DNA of 64,000 bases from the human T2T-CHM13v2.0 reference genome, Homo sapiens. The stretch lies in the NCBI RefSeq assembly GCF_009914755.1, contig NC_060930.1; one strand, written 5' to 3'. Shown one piece after another: positions 47,149 through 61,836 of the stretch; the first letter of the stretch is position 1; every line of letters begins with the position of its first letter. Made by a program: the position numbers and the translations under genes. The notes beneath the pieces are model-generated. The model was given only the letters and a program-made list of their open reading frames with translations. It was not told the DNA's origin and made no database searches.

Positions 47149-47792
47149 TTATAGTAGGGGGGAAAAGCTAACATAAATAAATAGAAAAAAATTATAAAGG
47201 AAAGGAGGAGGAGAAAGGCACTTGGCCCTGCTGAATTTGCGGATCTTTCAAATAACACAGATTTGTGTCACATGTTCATTGTTGCAAAAAATTGAAAAAG
47301 GCAATATGTTTCTGAACTGATTTGATAAATTAAACATGGATTTACTTCCCAATCCTAAGACCAATATCAAAAGGAGAAAATTATAATTTCCAGCATATAT
47401 GCAAAGGAAGAAAAGGAGTAAGGAGGGTTGAAGAAAGGGGTAGATAGGAGAGAGAAAGGAAGTGAGGAAGTAAAGGAAAGAAACAAGGAAGAAAAAAATC
47501 ATTCCAAATACTTAAAAATAAATTGTCACTGATCATGAAGGAAAATTTATTCCAAGAATGCAAGGTTGATATAACGCATAAAACATTATCAAGATAATTC
47601 ATCATATTAACAAGGCATAAAGTAAAAATCATATAACTATACATAGGCGGGTACAAAAAAAGTATTTGATTAAATACAAAATATTTTCTTGATTAAAACC
47701 CCTAGGAATTCTTCTTTCTTAATATGATAAAGAATATATATTTAAAACTGATAATAACTATTACACTTAGCATAGAACATTAGAAATGCTCA

Positions 47793-48230
47793 GGCCGGGT
47801 GCAGGGACTCACACCGGTAATCTCAACACTTTGGGAGACCAAGGCAGGAGGATCAACTGAGGCCAGTCATTCAAGACCAGGCTGGACAACATAGTGAGAC
47901 CCATGTCTTGACAAAAAATAAAAAGTATATCAGCCAGACCTGGTGGTGTGCCTGTAGTCCCAGCTACTCGGAAGGCTGAGGTGGGAGGACTGCTTGAGCC
48001 CAGGAGTTTGAGACGACCAGCTGGGCAACATAGGAAGACCCTGTCTCTACAAAAAAAATTTTTAAATTAGCCAGGTGTTGTGGTGGGTACCTGTGGTTCC
48101 AGATACTCAAGAGGCTGAAGTGGGAGGATTGCTTTAGCCCAGGAGGTCAAGGCTGCAGTGAGTCATGATCACACCACTGCACTCCAGCCTGGTGACAGAA
48201 CAAGACCCTATCTATAAATAAATAGATAAA
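47793..48230 (+). mobile_element. Three consecutive Alu monomers (AluJ/FLAM composite)
   Basis: Monomers start at ~47793, ~47932 and ~48069, each followed by an A-rich linker or tail. Confidence 0.88.
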
Positions 48231-48260
48231 TACCTTTAGGATCCATCTTTGAAATTAGGT

Positions 48261-48689
48261 TGTTGCAGTAAATTAAAATGGAAACGAGACCTGAAGAACC
48301 CCTGAGCAGACAAAGCTAATTAGGCCCGATGAGTGACTAACCTTGCTTGATTTGTTAACATAAGCCAAACTTAGCTTGAGCAATGTCTTGCAAATACTTA
48401 TGTCAAAGAAAAGCAGAACTTAAGCTCAACCAATTGGAAGCAGCCAGCAAAATTAAATTATATAACTAGGGACTTTCCAGAGGGATAGATCAAGTAAGGC
48501 AACTTTATAACTGTAACCAACCAAATATTTTCTTTGTATTACTTACAAATTCACTCTATAAAAGTCTGTTCTTGACACTTCAGCAGAGCCCAAAAACCTC
48601 TTTCAGTTTGGCGCTTCCCAATTCATGAATTACTGTTTGCTCAATTAAACTCTTTAAAATGTTATTGTGTTTCAATTTACCTTTTAACA
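48261..48689 (+). mobile_element. Solo ERV1 (MER4-group) LTR, subfamily uncertain
   Basis: TGTT...AACA termini; TATA 'ctataaaa'; 'attaaa' poly(A) signal; TSD aggt/agct. Confidence 0.75.
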
Positions 48690-48892
48690 AGCTAACATTG
48701 ATTCATATTATAAAAATCTGGTATTTTTTACAGTTATACAAAATCTGTATATTTTTATAGTTATTTTAAAAAAACCTGTATATTTTTTACAATTGGGACT
48801 GTATACAGACAAGTGTACTAACAATAGTTGGTAAGCTATAGAGTGGTATGCCTTTCCAGAAAGCAGTCAGGCAATATTTGAAAGCATTATAA

Positions 48893-49190
48893 GGTGAAGC
48901 ATGGTGGCTCACACCTATAATCCCAACGCTTTCAGAGTCTGAGGTGGGAGAATCGCTTGAGCCCAGGAGTTTGAGAACAGCCTGGGCAACACAGGGAGAT
49001 CCATCTGTACAAAAAATAAAAAAATTAACTGAGCATGGTGGTGCCTGCCTGCAGTCCTAGCTACTCAGGAGGCTGAGATGGGAGAATCACTTGGACCCAG
49101 GAGATCGAGGCTACATTGAGCAGAGATCGCACCACTGCACTCCAGCCTGGGTGACAGGGAGAGACCCTGTCTGAAAAAAATAAAATAAAA
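48893..49190 (+). mobile_element. AluJ
   Basis: Sense dimer. Confidence 0.92.
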
Positions 49191-49399
49191 AGCAGTACAA
49201 AATGATTTTGCAAGTTGACAAAATAAAAATAATTTAGATATATAATCCCATTCCCCCCAAACTTCCAAATTTTAAAAATAATTCATACAAGAATGTTCAT
49301 GGCGACATTTTAATAGGAAGATGTTAGAAACAGCAGCTGCACATACCCAAATGCCCAACAGTGGGTGATGCCTACACCGGGTGACTGTAAATGTCACGC

Positions 49400-49890
49400 G
49401 AAGTCTCTCTTGTCTCTTACATGCACTGACTCAGCGAATAACAGCACCACCCAAACAGTAACCCAACAGAGAAACCCAAGAATTCTTCCTTTACCTTATT
49501 CCAGCCCTCTCCCATGTATTAGCTTCCTAACTTGTTTCAGCCTCCAATGTCACCCTCCTCCAACTCATCTTCCACAGTGGTGCCACAGCGCTAATTCTGA
49601 AATTCAAACCTCCCCGTCCCCCTCCCCATGATTGCCTATAAGTTAAAATCCAAACAGCATGGCGTCCAAAGTCCTCCAAGACCCGACCCTACCTACCAGT
49701 TTGTTTCTTCACCCTCACACACCCTATTCGCTAACCATCTGGACTGTTTACAATTCGACGAGTCCATCATGCTCTTTACAACCCTGTGCTCTGCCTAGAT
49801 TGCCTTTCCTGGCCTTCTCATCCTCCTGACAAAGTCTCCTCATCTTTTAAGCTTAACTCAACTTTCAAGTCCTCATATACCCCTCCTAAT
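49400..49890 (+). mobile_element. L2 fragment
   Basis: 'attgcctataagttaaaatccaaa...ctctgcctagattgcctttcc...ctcatcttttaag'. Confidence 0.6.
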
Positions 49891-50113
49891 GTAGCAGGGT
49901 TGAAAGACATGCACTTCCACTAAGGTATGCAAAAATGTGTGATTTTATTTATTTTCTTTCTATTGTATTATTTCTGCTAATAATAGGGGTAGTGGAGTGG
50001 GAGCAACCCAACTTGTCCATTAAATGTAATTCTGTTTCTTTAGCTTTAAAACTGTTACTTTAAGGAAGACAGAGAACCTCCTCCTGAGACCAGAAGATCC
50101 AACATTTTATTAA

Positions 50114-50520
<407 letters not shown>

Positions 50521-51129
50521 TGACATGCTTCAGATTCCTCCCTGGCTGTGTCGACATGTCATTTGCCTTAGCAGGTTTCTGAATATCCTGAAGTGGTAGC
50601 TGCTGAGATGTGGCTTGTCCAGCTTGGTTTGTTTTAACTATTGTGATGATATCATCAGAAATCCAAGACCTCTGGCATCCCTGGTTGAGAAGCCCCATAT
50701 TCTGAAGCCTCCTCATTTCTGAGCCCAGGAAGCTTTTCTGGCCCCTATCCTTCCACTCTTTTAGAGCCCTGCACTGAGGCTGCTGGAGCTTCTGGGTGTC
50801 TTCAGTGCTGTGTGCAGGCTGTAGGCACCTGGTGCACTGTCTCACACCCCTATATTTAGATTTGTCCTCTGCCAATGCTATTCTACTGTTCTTGTGTCAT
50901 ATTGGATGTGGTGATGTGATGAATTACCCCCAAATAATGTCCAAAGAAGCAGGAATCTACCCCAATATTCTGCATTGCCACAAAACTACCTGGGTGTTCT
51001 ACACCCTCCTCAACTCTGAAGGAGGAGTCCAACATTCATCACTAAAAACTCTTGCCCTTTTTCTCCTCTCTCCTGGGTGCCTTCTGTTAGTGCTGGAATG
51101 GGTTTCTAATCTCCCTTCCTGATTTACAA

Positions 51130-51287
51130 GAGCCCTCTACATCAGTGAATATAAATCGCCTTAGGATCCTATTAAAATGCAGACTCCAATTCAATCATTC
51201 TGGAATCTGGCCTGAGAGTCTGCATTTCTAACAAGCTCCCTGGTGATGCCAACCAGGCTGCTCAATGACCACCCTTTGAGAAGCAAG
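51130..51287. mobile_element. MER5-type MITE
   Basis: 'ttaaaatgcagactcc...tctgcatttctaacaagctccctggtgatgcc...ctttgagaagcaag'. Confidence 0.8.
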
Positions 51288-51586
51288 CCTGATCAGTCCT
51301 TCTCTTTCACGAGATTCTATTTACTTCCCCCACTCCACGTCTGCAGGACAATGATAGCAGGCAAGGTGCAAGGAAAGGAAATAGGTGATCAATGGGAAAA
51401 TACGTCAGGAGGTGCTTCAGGAATGTCATCTCAGTTACTCAGACCACCGCCACCTTTTCCTCTCCCACTGGCACCACTGCTCCTTCTTGGGGACTCCTCA
51501 CAGGCTATAGAAGTTTCAGTCATTACCCGTGTATTTGATGATGTGTTTCTCCCAAGCTATACTATCATTTTCTTGAAAGCATAGAG

Positions 51587-52600
51587 CAGAATTCCCAAAC
51601 TGGTGGCGACAGGCTGCATATGGCCCCACAGATGTTTTATTTTACCATTACAGTGTTTTTAAAATATATAAGTTAGTGCCAAATGTAAAGCACTAATCCT
51701 CAACCCCAACTGCACACTAGAACCACCTGGAACACTTTCCGAAACATGTCAGTGTTTGAATCCCACCCCCTTAATGATTGAGCTTCAATCTGCCTGGGAA
51801 GGGTCCTAGATGTCAGTATCTGTTTTTAGTAAGCTTTTTACTTTAGAACAGTTTTAGATTTACACAATTATTGCAAAGACAATACAGAGTGTTTCCATAT
51901 ACCCCACATTCAGTTTCCTCTCTTATTAACATCTTACATTAGTATACTACCTTTGTCACAATTAATAAACTCATATTTACACATTATTATTAACCAATAT
52001 CATACTTTATTCAGATTTCCTCAGTTCTTCCCTGATGATCTTTTCTGTTCCAGTATCCCATCTAGGACACCACATTCTATTTATCTGGTGTGTCTCCTTG
52101 GGCTCTTCTTGGTCATCATAGTTTCTCAGACTTACCTTGGATTTGATGATCAAGACAGTCTTGGGGAGTGCTGGTCAGGTGTTTGTACAATGCCTCTCAT
52201 TTGGGATTTGTTTAATGTTTTTTTCATGATTAGGCTGGGGTAGACATCAGTAATTTTTAAAAGATACCCTGGTTATCCTGACGTCCAGCTAGTATTAAGA
52301 ACCATTGATTTTTAAGGATCTGAAGAATTCATGTATTTCTAGCACTTTGGGAGGCTAAGGTGGGAGGATCACTTAAGGCCAGGAGTTTGAAAGTAGCCTG
52401 GGAAACATAGCAAGACCCTGTCTCTACAAATAAATACAATCTGTGTTACAAGAAAAAAAAAAGAATTTGCATGAAATTTTAGACTTTGGCTTCGCTTGAC
52501 TGTGGGGGGATCTGACCACATGGAGACTGCAATCTTCCATGGAAATAACAGATTGGCCATGAGAAGTGGCTGTCAGCACCCTCCAGTACTCCACAATTGG
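51587..52600. mobile_element. Nest: MER102-like hAT containing MER5, which contains an antisense L1MC/MD 3' end (51822-52241); also a FLAM (52340-52460)
   Basis: MER102-like halves at 51587-51690 and 52470-52600; MER5 halves flank the L1 segment 'ttactttagaacagttttagatttaca'. Confidence 0.6.
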
Positions 52601-52814
52601 CTTTGCTATTGGCCCTCATCTTCTGAAATTCCACCACCCACGCAGACATTAACTTCATCATCTTTGATACATAGCACCTAGCATGCTGCCTGACACTTGA
52701 TGAGTGACTGACTGACTGACTGAATGAATGAATGAATTTATAAAGAATAAATGTGTGGTTACTGAAAATGGCAAACGTGTAGATTATATGATCAGAATAA
52801 AATACTGGGCAATG

Positions 52815-53168
52815 GGCCAGGCATAGTAGCTCATGCCTGTAATCCCAGCACTTTGGTAGGCAGAGGCAGACAGGATGCTTGAGCCCAGGAGTTCAAGACT
52901 AGCCAGGGCAACATGGCAAAACCCTGTATTTACTAAATGTGTATATTACATTTAGTTTTACTATATATTTATATTTGCTATTATATATATAATTAGCCAA
53001 ATGTGGTAGCATGCAGCTATAGTCCTGGCTACTCAGGAGGCTGAGATAGGAGGATCACCTGAGCCTGGGAAGTCAAGGCTGCAGTGAACTGTGATTGCAC
53101 CACTGCCCTTTATCTTGGATGATGGGAATGAGACCCTGTCTCAGAAAAATAAAATAAAATAAAATAAA
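52815..53168 (+). mobile_element. AluJ with an expanded AT-rich linker
   Basis: Sense dimer; TSD aatactgggc. Confidence 0.92.
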
Positions 53169-53179
53169 TACTGGGCTAA

Positions 53180-54130
53180 ATATTGCAGATTGGTTTACTC
53201 AACATTCATCCTAACCTTCTTCCTATGTAATAAAATCTTGAAAGCTAAAAACTACATTTCCCAGACTCCCAGACAGCTAGGTCCCCTCTTGGGAAGGTAG
53301 TAGGCTGGTGCAAAAGTAATTGCGGATTTTGCCATTACTTTTAATGGCAAAAAGTAATGACAGACTCCTCACAAAACATGGAAGGAAAAATGAAGCCTGA
53401 TGAGGAGGAAACCAGGCATAGGGAGATGATTTTACTGGCAAACACGGGTGGAGACATTTGGTTATTCTAAAACCAGCAGCTTCCTGATTGGTGCAGAGGC
53501 ATCGTGGCTGTGGGGCCCAGAAGCAGCCAGTCCTGTGGTGTGGTTCTGGAAAGCTGCTCTTGAAGCATAGCCTCCTCGAATCTGCTCTTTCAATCTTCCC
53601 AACAATTTCTCTGTAAAATTACAAAATGATTTCTGTCATCGTCATTACTCATTTTGAAGGATACAATAATTGTGCAGAAGCTGCTAATTGCCTGCCTGAT
53701 ATCCATTCTCTTCTTCACTAACTTCTATATTTGGGAGGTATACACATGTCCTGCCTTTACAAAATGCTCTATTTCCATATTCCCTTGTAGAATGGAAGGC
53801 CAAGGAGATGAAATGGAAGACTTTGGACAGAACTTCTGGGAAAGCTCTTTAAAGCAGTCTACTAGACTGGCAAGCAGACATTCATTCTCCTCTTCTGACT
53901 TAGACATGGTATTTTTAGCTCCAGCAGCCGTCCTGTGAAGATGGGAGCACACGCTAAGGGCAGCAGAAAAGAAAGCCAGAAGGAGGTTGGATATTGATAA
54001 CCACCGTGGTGCCATCTTACCAGCCCTCGGCCACCTACCCCAGCCTTCCGGTTATGAGAAAGAAAAACAAAATTAGCTTAAGCTACTATTATGTAGAGGT
54101 CTCAATTCCTAAGAGTTTAATGCATTTCCT
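53180..54130 (+). mobile_element. Old ERVL/MaLR LTR fragments (LTR33- and MLT1-like)
   Basis: 'aagctaaaaactacatttcccagactccc' and 'gctccagcagccgtcctgtga' motifs. Confidence 0.55.
53301..53353 (+). mobile_element. Truncated MADE1 (miR-548-family source element)
   Basis: 'taggctggtgcaaaagtaattgcggattttgccattacttttaatggcaaaaa'. Confidence 0.9.
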
Positions 54131-54184
54131 TAAACACATATGCATGTTGCAGAATGCCCAGCTGGAAATTAAACTTTTTAAAAA

Positions 54185-54319
54185 TTTATTAATTTATTTA
54201 GAGAAGGGGAATCTCACTATGTTGCCCAGGCTGGCCTCAAACTCCTGGGCTCAAGTGAACCTCCTGCCTCAGCCTCCCGAGTAACTGGGACTACAGGCAT
54301 GTACCACCATGCACGGCTG
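54185..54319 (-). mobile_element. FLAM
   Basis: Antisense monomer; TSD-like gaaattaaactt. Confidence 0.85.
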
Positions 54320-55139
54320 AAATTAAACTTTGTGGGTGTTTTTCAGGTCTGGAAAAGGGGTACCAGAAAGTCAACTTGGCTTTTTCACCTGCCTAGTCCA
54401 ATCTCTTGAGCCATCAAAATATCTCTCTCCATCTTCAGTGCTGCTTAAGGTTTCTGGAGACTTACCTGGGTAGCCAAGGCTGGGAGAGTGAGGAATAGCT
54501 CTATTATCTGGTAAGGAGATTTGTAATCAGCCCCTTCATGTTTTCAGAAATCCAGACAGAGCCCTAGAGAGAGACTGGGGAAGGGAATGCAGTTGGGGCT
54601 CTAGATTCATGTATTTGTAGGGAGATTTCTAAATATTGTGTGTCTACTGTATGCCAGGCAGTGTCTAGGCACTGGGGTGCAGCAATGAATGAAAGATAAG
54701 ATCCCTGCCCTCATGGAGTTTGCACTCTACTGGGGCCTGTGGAAGGAAGCTGAGCTGTGTTACAGAATCACCCCAGTTGAGGTGACTGTGCAGGTGAATA
54801 TGGAGACAAAATCTACTCTCTGACCTCAGCCAGTGAGGGTGCTACAGCCTGCCATAGAGCCCTGCACTCTTTCAGAGAGGGTTTCTCTCCCAGGCCAGCT
54901 GTCACTCTAATCTGCCCTCCCCACTGTGATCCCAGCTGGACACATGGCTCACTGGTTTTTCTGTTACTTTGTAAGTGCAGATAAGAACTCTATTCCTCAC
55001 ACTTTGGGGACAGAACAGAGTAAGCTGGGGTACACTGAGCTTGGAGAAGGGGAAGTACGGGTCTGGCTAAATATTTATAAAATCTTGATTTTTTTTCCTA
55101 AGGACAGAAGTCAAATAGAATATATACACTGATTACAAC

Positions 55140-55665
<526 letters not shown>

Positions 55666-56284
55666 TGAAGTAGCCTGTCCAGCTTGGAGGAAGGCACAGG
55701 AGCCATTATGAATCTAGGAATTTAGTACTTTTCAGTAGATCCTTCTGGAGAGTATATCCAGCCATAAGAAATACTTGACAGTGCAATAAGAATATTTGCC
55801 TTTGCTATTTTTGTCATTTACATAACCTATTCTTGCTGCGGAGAGGGCATAATGCCAATTACTGCTTCTCTAAAGAGAGAAAAACGTTTTCTTTTGCCAT
55901 TTTCACCTGCTCAGTCTTTGACTAAGACTGTGCGGTCTTCAGCAATATCTGCCAGTTAATGGAAATGCACAGTCTAGGGGAAATTGGAGAAGAAAAGGAG
56001 TTGCCAGAAATTTTTTCCAGACCACTGGATCTTCCTAGAACTAATTAGCTTGAGGCATGTGAGGAATAGAGATTGTGTACGTCTTATGGTCAGTAGGGGT
56101 ATAGGCTAGGCACCAACTGTTGCCCTTCCCAGGATGAACGCACTTCCTCCCCCAGAGAGAATCAGCCTCTCCCTCTGCCCGCACCACACTGGGAACATAT
56201 CTCCACATTCACACTTACCACACTTGAGTTTACGTCTGCCGCCTCAGGATCAGGAATGCTGTCTTTTCATCCGTCTCTATATCA

Positions 56285-56830
56285 AAACTCTTTCAGTGTT
56301 GGTGGCAAAAGACAAAAACTAATTCAAACTGGCTTCAGCCAAGAAGATGGGGTGGGAGGAGAAAATCTATTGGCCCAAGTAATTGAAAAGTTCGGGGCTA
56401 GGGCCAGATTGATAGCAGCTCTAATAATATCTTCAGAATTCCATTTTTCTCTGTCTTAGCTCTGCCTCCCGCAGTGTGGGTTTATTTTAGGTACTATGTA
56501 GTGGCTCCTGGCCATTCCAGGCTCACGTCACCATTTCGGTAAGTAACTTCAGGAGGAAAATATCTCCCTGGTACGTCCCACTTAGGTCCTTGGTTCATTG
56601 CTATTGGAGGAACCTGAGTGACTCAATCACTACATGAATCGCTAGCAAGAGGAATTCAGTGCCGTGATTGGCCAGCCCTCAGTCACGTGCTCCAGCCTGG
56701 AGCTGGGGGTGGAGCCTGTCTAAGCCAAGCCGACTAAGCAGGGGTGGGTGGGAGTGGCTCCCTAAAAGAAACTCAAGGGCTGCTGCCAGAAGAAAAGGTG
56801 GAGTGGATGATAAGTGACCAATATGACACA
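56285..56830 (-). mobile_element. Old MLT1-type LTR
   Basis: 'ggcaaaagacaaaaactaattcaaactggcttcagc' is the antisense MLT1 3' end. Confidence 0.6.
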
Positions 56831-59084
56831 TGTTCCTGCAGCGACCCCCCTGCCAAACGGCATGGCACACAATAGGAACCCAGAAGTCTTTATTCAGTTT
56901 ATTGTTGAAGAAGGAAGTGCTGCCAGGTGCAGACTTGGGCTTAAAGCGTTCTCTGATTCAGGCATTGCTGTATAGATGGTGTTGGTAAGAGATGCCCATC
57001 ACGGCTTTCTCTGCTCTCTTACTACTCTTCTCTGTGTTTCTGACTTAGCCTGGTAAGTTGCACTTGATCCTGGGTACCTTCCTCTGTTTCACAGCATGCC
57101 ATTTATTTTCCAATCATGACTAGTCTATCCTCTGTCAACTGAGAAAGAGCTCTCTAGAAGGCAGGGCCCAAGTTTCCTCCCTCCTTGGTCTACAGAGCTC
57201 AACTGGAACTGAGCTGCCTTGAGGAAACATGAGTTGGGCCAGATGCATTGTTACACCAGGATGAAGGACAAGAAGCAAAGGAATGCCAGAACTGAAATTC
57301 TATCCTACAGAGCTCCCATTCCAAACAGCCCATGACCTCTTTTCCACAATTCATCTGGATGATGTCCTGAGAATGAATCCAGTGCCCTTTCAAGATGGCA
57401 GCAGTGTATAAATAGTTACAGTGTTGCTGGTAAATTTCCGTCTCACAGTATTTTGCCAATTGACTTAGGGAATATTGTGCCTTGAGGCAGTTAAGTCCAC
57501 AGCTAAACCCTGTATAGCATCTATGAGAAGATACACCCATTTCCAGGCTGCTGTGATTTTGGAGGCAGTCTTTGGCAACTCCCAAAAGAACTTGGGGTTG
57601 ATGGAACCTTCCTATATTATTGAACTCCTATGCTAAATTAGCATGGCAAGATACTAGCAATCCTCTTTGTTTTCCTACACTAATGAATTAATTTTTCCTA
57701 TCCTTTTAAAAAATCAGTGCCCTCATTTAAAAATTTACGTTGTATGTAACAATGATTGGCTTTATCATAAAATGTGTGCTCCACAAGATAAAATAGCCAA
57801 TTTCCTATTTTCACAATCCATATGCTTTTAAATAAACCTGAAATTTAGGACTCAATTTAGATACATAATCCAGTTCAAGCTTCATATATAAAGCTTGGAG
57901 TAACTAATAAACTTTCCATTTCTTATGCATTCCAAATAAGAACTTTAAAAAGAAAATAGGGAAGTAATTCATCCAGCACAGGAAATTTTGATGAGTACCT
58001 GAGGATTTGCTTTAGAATATTGCTTTAGTATACTTTAGTTACAGGAAACTGAAAGTAAAATATAGTGTTGCTTACAGTAAGTGGTGTATCCCATATGCGT
58101 GCAGTACATTTTGTAATCTTTATCTTGGTGATCTTTATACCGACAAAGAGTTGAGTAGGTGGTTCAATGAGTCCATTTTACAGATAAAGAAATTGAGACA
58201 CAGAATAATTGTGTTTCTCAAAATCACATACGTCAAAGATAAAGCTAGCAGTCAACTCCAATCCCTTAGTTATCAGTCAGTCCAGAACTTTACTAACTCA
58301 TATTTTTAGAAGCTAAGACCCGTCTAGCTTGCTTATTAACCTTTATCCTACATGCTGTTATTCTTTTCTGTCTTCCTTGAAATCCTGTTCTTGTTTGCTT
58401 CCCACATGTCAATTCTCTTCCTGACACCCGATTTTTTTTTCTAATCCTTAGTTGCCACTCAGTATAAATTGATTTCCTGTTTGTGTTCCTGAAGCTCATG
58501 AATGCATTCATTTTACCACCTAAAAAACATGAGTCCAAATCCTTGTAACACACATTGTAATGCAGTCAAGTTGTTAAATGGAGCAGAAAATGTTGCAAAA
58601 ATCAAAATGCAAAGGTATACCAGTACCCAGTATACAGGTTTTATGCTACCCACTGCTGATTTCCAGAAGGCATGTGTCTGCCCTTCCCTAATGTATGTCT
58701 AAACTTGACAAATTTACCTTGTTTCAGCCAGTGTTAAATAATTATTAATTTCCCAAGAGAATAACTTCCCGTAGGTGTTACAGGAAAATGTCTTTGCCAT
58801 GCCTCATCATGGCTAGGTGACAAAAGAGTTGAATCTTTGGTTTTTAAATATGCTTTTGACAAGCACAGTGCTTCATATGGCTTGCACGCAATACCAAGCT
58901 CTTTTCTTGATCATTCCATTTGTTCTTTAACCTAGTGCATCTTCCAAAAAGAAAAGCATTCATTTAGCATTGACTGACTTCTAGGACTCTCTTCTAGATG
59001 CTTTCTCCCTGATCAAAAATGTATTGTTGAAAATTAAATACAGAGAATCAATAATCAATATTTGATTAGGTCTTTGATAAGAGG

Positions 59085-59280
59085 GTACAGCATGTTGATT
59101 GACAGCATGAGCTTCCAAGAGATGTGGATTCAGAGCTCAGCTCTGCTGCCTTGGGAAAGTCAATCGATTTTTCTTGTGCCTATCACCTCCTCTATAAAAC
59201 CGTGTTAATGATACCTACTTTCTAGCGTCCTGATGAAGCTAAAATGAGATAATGTATGTAAAGTGCTTATGATACTCAAG
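59085..59280 (+). mobile_element. MIR
   Basis: 'ggattcagagctcagctctgc...aatgagataatgtatgtaaagtgctt'. Confidence 0.7.
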
Positions 59281-60012
59281 GAATAGCAATTGTTAGAGGT
59301 TATGTTTGAAACTAAATAAGGCTATTAATTGCCCTTGTGTGTATGAGAGTATTCAAGGCCATTTCTTCCTGAGAATCAGTGAAAACTTGAGCTCTGAATC
59401 ATGTTCTGTTCATTTTACATATAGAGTGTATATCAAGCATAAGATAGCAATTCACTAGGTTGTTTGATTATCATTTGAATGAGTATAAACAGTCTAGTTC
59501 TCTGTCCTGTGTGTGGTAGAGATTTATGGTTCCATAAGAAGTTAGAAAATTGATTTTCCATCATGCAGAGAGGGTTCCCTCCACTTCTTCTAGGGTCACA
59601 GAAAGGTACTGATGCATCCTTGAAGAGTAGAAAGCTAGGCTGGTTACTTTTTGAAAATCTTTGTAGATGTGATGGAATTGAATTTAGCTATTTTTGAAAA
59701 TAGTCTAATCGGAAATTCTAGGCAAATGAAGGCCAAAAAAATCCTCACTAAACATTGAACTAGAACTGTAGCTTATTGCACATCCTTTGACACCACGGTA
59801 GCCATAAAATGGCTGAACCCAAGGGCTTAGACGTAACCTAAACTCCGTTGCCTTTTCTGTTTGGTGTATTCTATAAATGTGCAGGAAACCCTGCGCTCCA
59901 TCTGTATGAATTTACAACCAACAAGGCTGCTGGACAAACCAGCAGGGCTTTATTCATGAGCCTCTGAGTTGTTCCTTCAGGCTCACTCTGCTGCACGTGT
60001 CGAGAGCTCTGC

Positions 60013-60028
60013 GGGTCACTGCAGGTCA
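60013..60028 (+). promoter_or_regulatory. DR4 nuclear-receptor response element (LXR/RXR or TR/RXR type)
   Basis: GGGTCA-ctgc-AGGTCA in non-repetitive DNA. Confidence 0.5.
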
Positions 60029-60717
60029 GTGGTCCATGATAGTCCCAGCACCAATGGAGCTCATGAGCACTCCCGTTTCCTGTGTGAATGGGGCAGAGGT
60101 CATTCACAATGTCCTACCAGGTGGGATTCAGTTAGCTGCCATTAGATCAATAACCACCCATAAGCCACTGCCCCCTACCAGGTGGCCAACCTGTGGACAG
60201 GCAGCACTATTACAGCGCCATTGTCATTGCTAGGAATCAGGTCAACAGGATTCCTTAATGCTGGGGGACATGGGTGGTCTTGCCCACGTAAGTATGAAGA
60301 GAGACCTTCATACTTTCATTACTGGGAAATGCAGTGCTAAGGATGTATTAGGAATAAGGTAGGAAGAGTAAGAACATGTAATGAATCAGGAAGCAGGAAT
60401 CAGAGAAATAAACATGAGGTCATGCTGGTTAGCTATTATTACAGCACTTTTTTAAACCACAAAATGTACTTGTGTGTACATGAGGGCCAAGGAAGTCAAC
60501 TAGCATCTATCAAGCAACAACTTGGATCATGATGTTGAGTTGGATGTGGTTGGAAGTACATTAGAAGTGTCTCAATTCTGCCCATCTTTTAAGACCCAAC
60601 GTATGTACCCTAGCTTCTGAACACAAACACAAAAAGAACCCTCCCTTACCTGACCCTTCATTCTATTTATTCTCTACCACAAAAGTTTCACACTTTTTAA
60701 AGCCATAGGACTCTTTA

Positions 60718-61090
<373 letters not shown>

Positions 61091-61448
61091 AGAAGGGTTC
61101 TGGTAGATGCAAAGTGTGGCCACCTGGGCATCTCTCTGTTGAGAGCCTGAGAAACCCTAGGGTACCATAGAACACAGTTTGTATAGAACAAACTGTCTGT
61201 ATCATTTACTCGGCAGTTAATCACACATTGCCTTGTGTTTTTCCATGATTCTTGTAGATTTGCTAATTAGATTACAAACTTCTAAGGGGCAAAGATTCAA
61301 ATGAAAGACAACAGAATCAGCGAGAGGTGGGAGTTGAGAGATGGAGGTTCTGTGCCTGGCACCAGCACTGGCCCTAGCTTGCAGATCAGTTCATTCGGTG
61401 TGCTGGGCCTGTGAGGGCTGAACCAAACAATATGTAAGAAATGTAATC

Positions 61449-61836
<388 letters not shown>

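Noticed and set aside
57875-57897. Small hairpin caagctt-N8-aagcttg
   Set aside because: 7-bp arms are expected by chance.
59997-60233. ORF with a faint Kelch-like look (QWSMIVPAPM...GG)
   Set aside because: Spacing and conserved residues do not fit a Kelch repeat, and there are no supporting exons.
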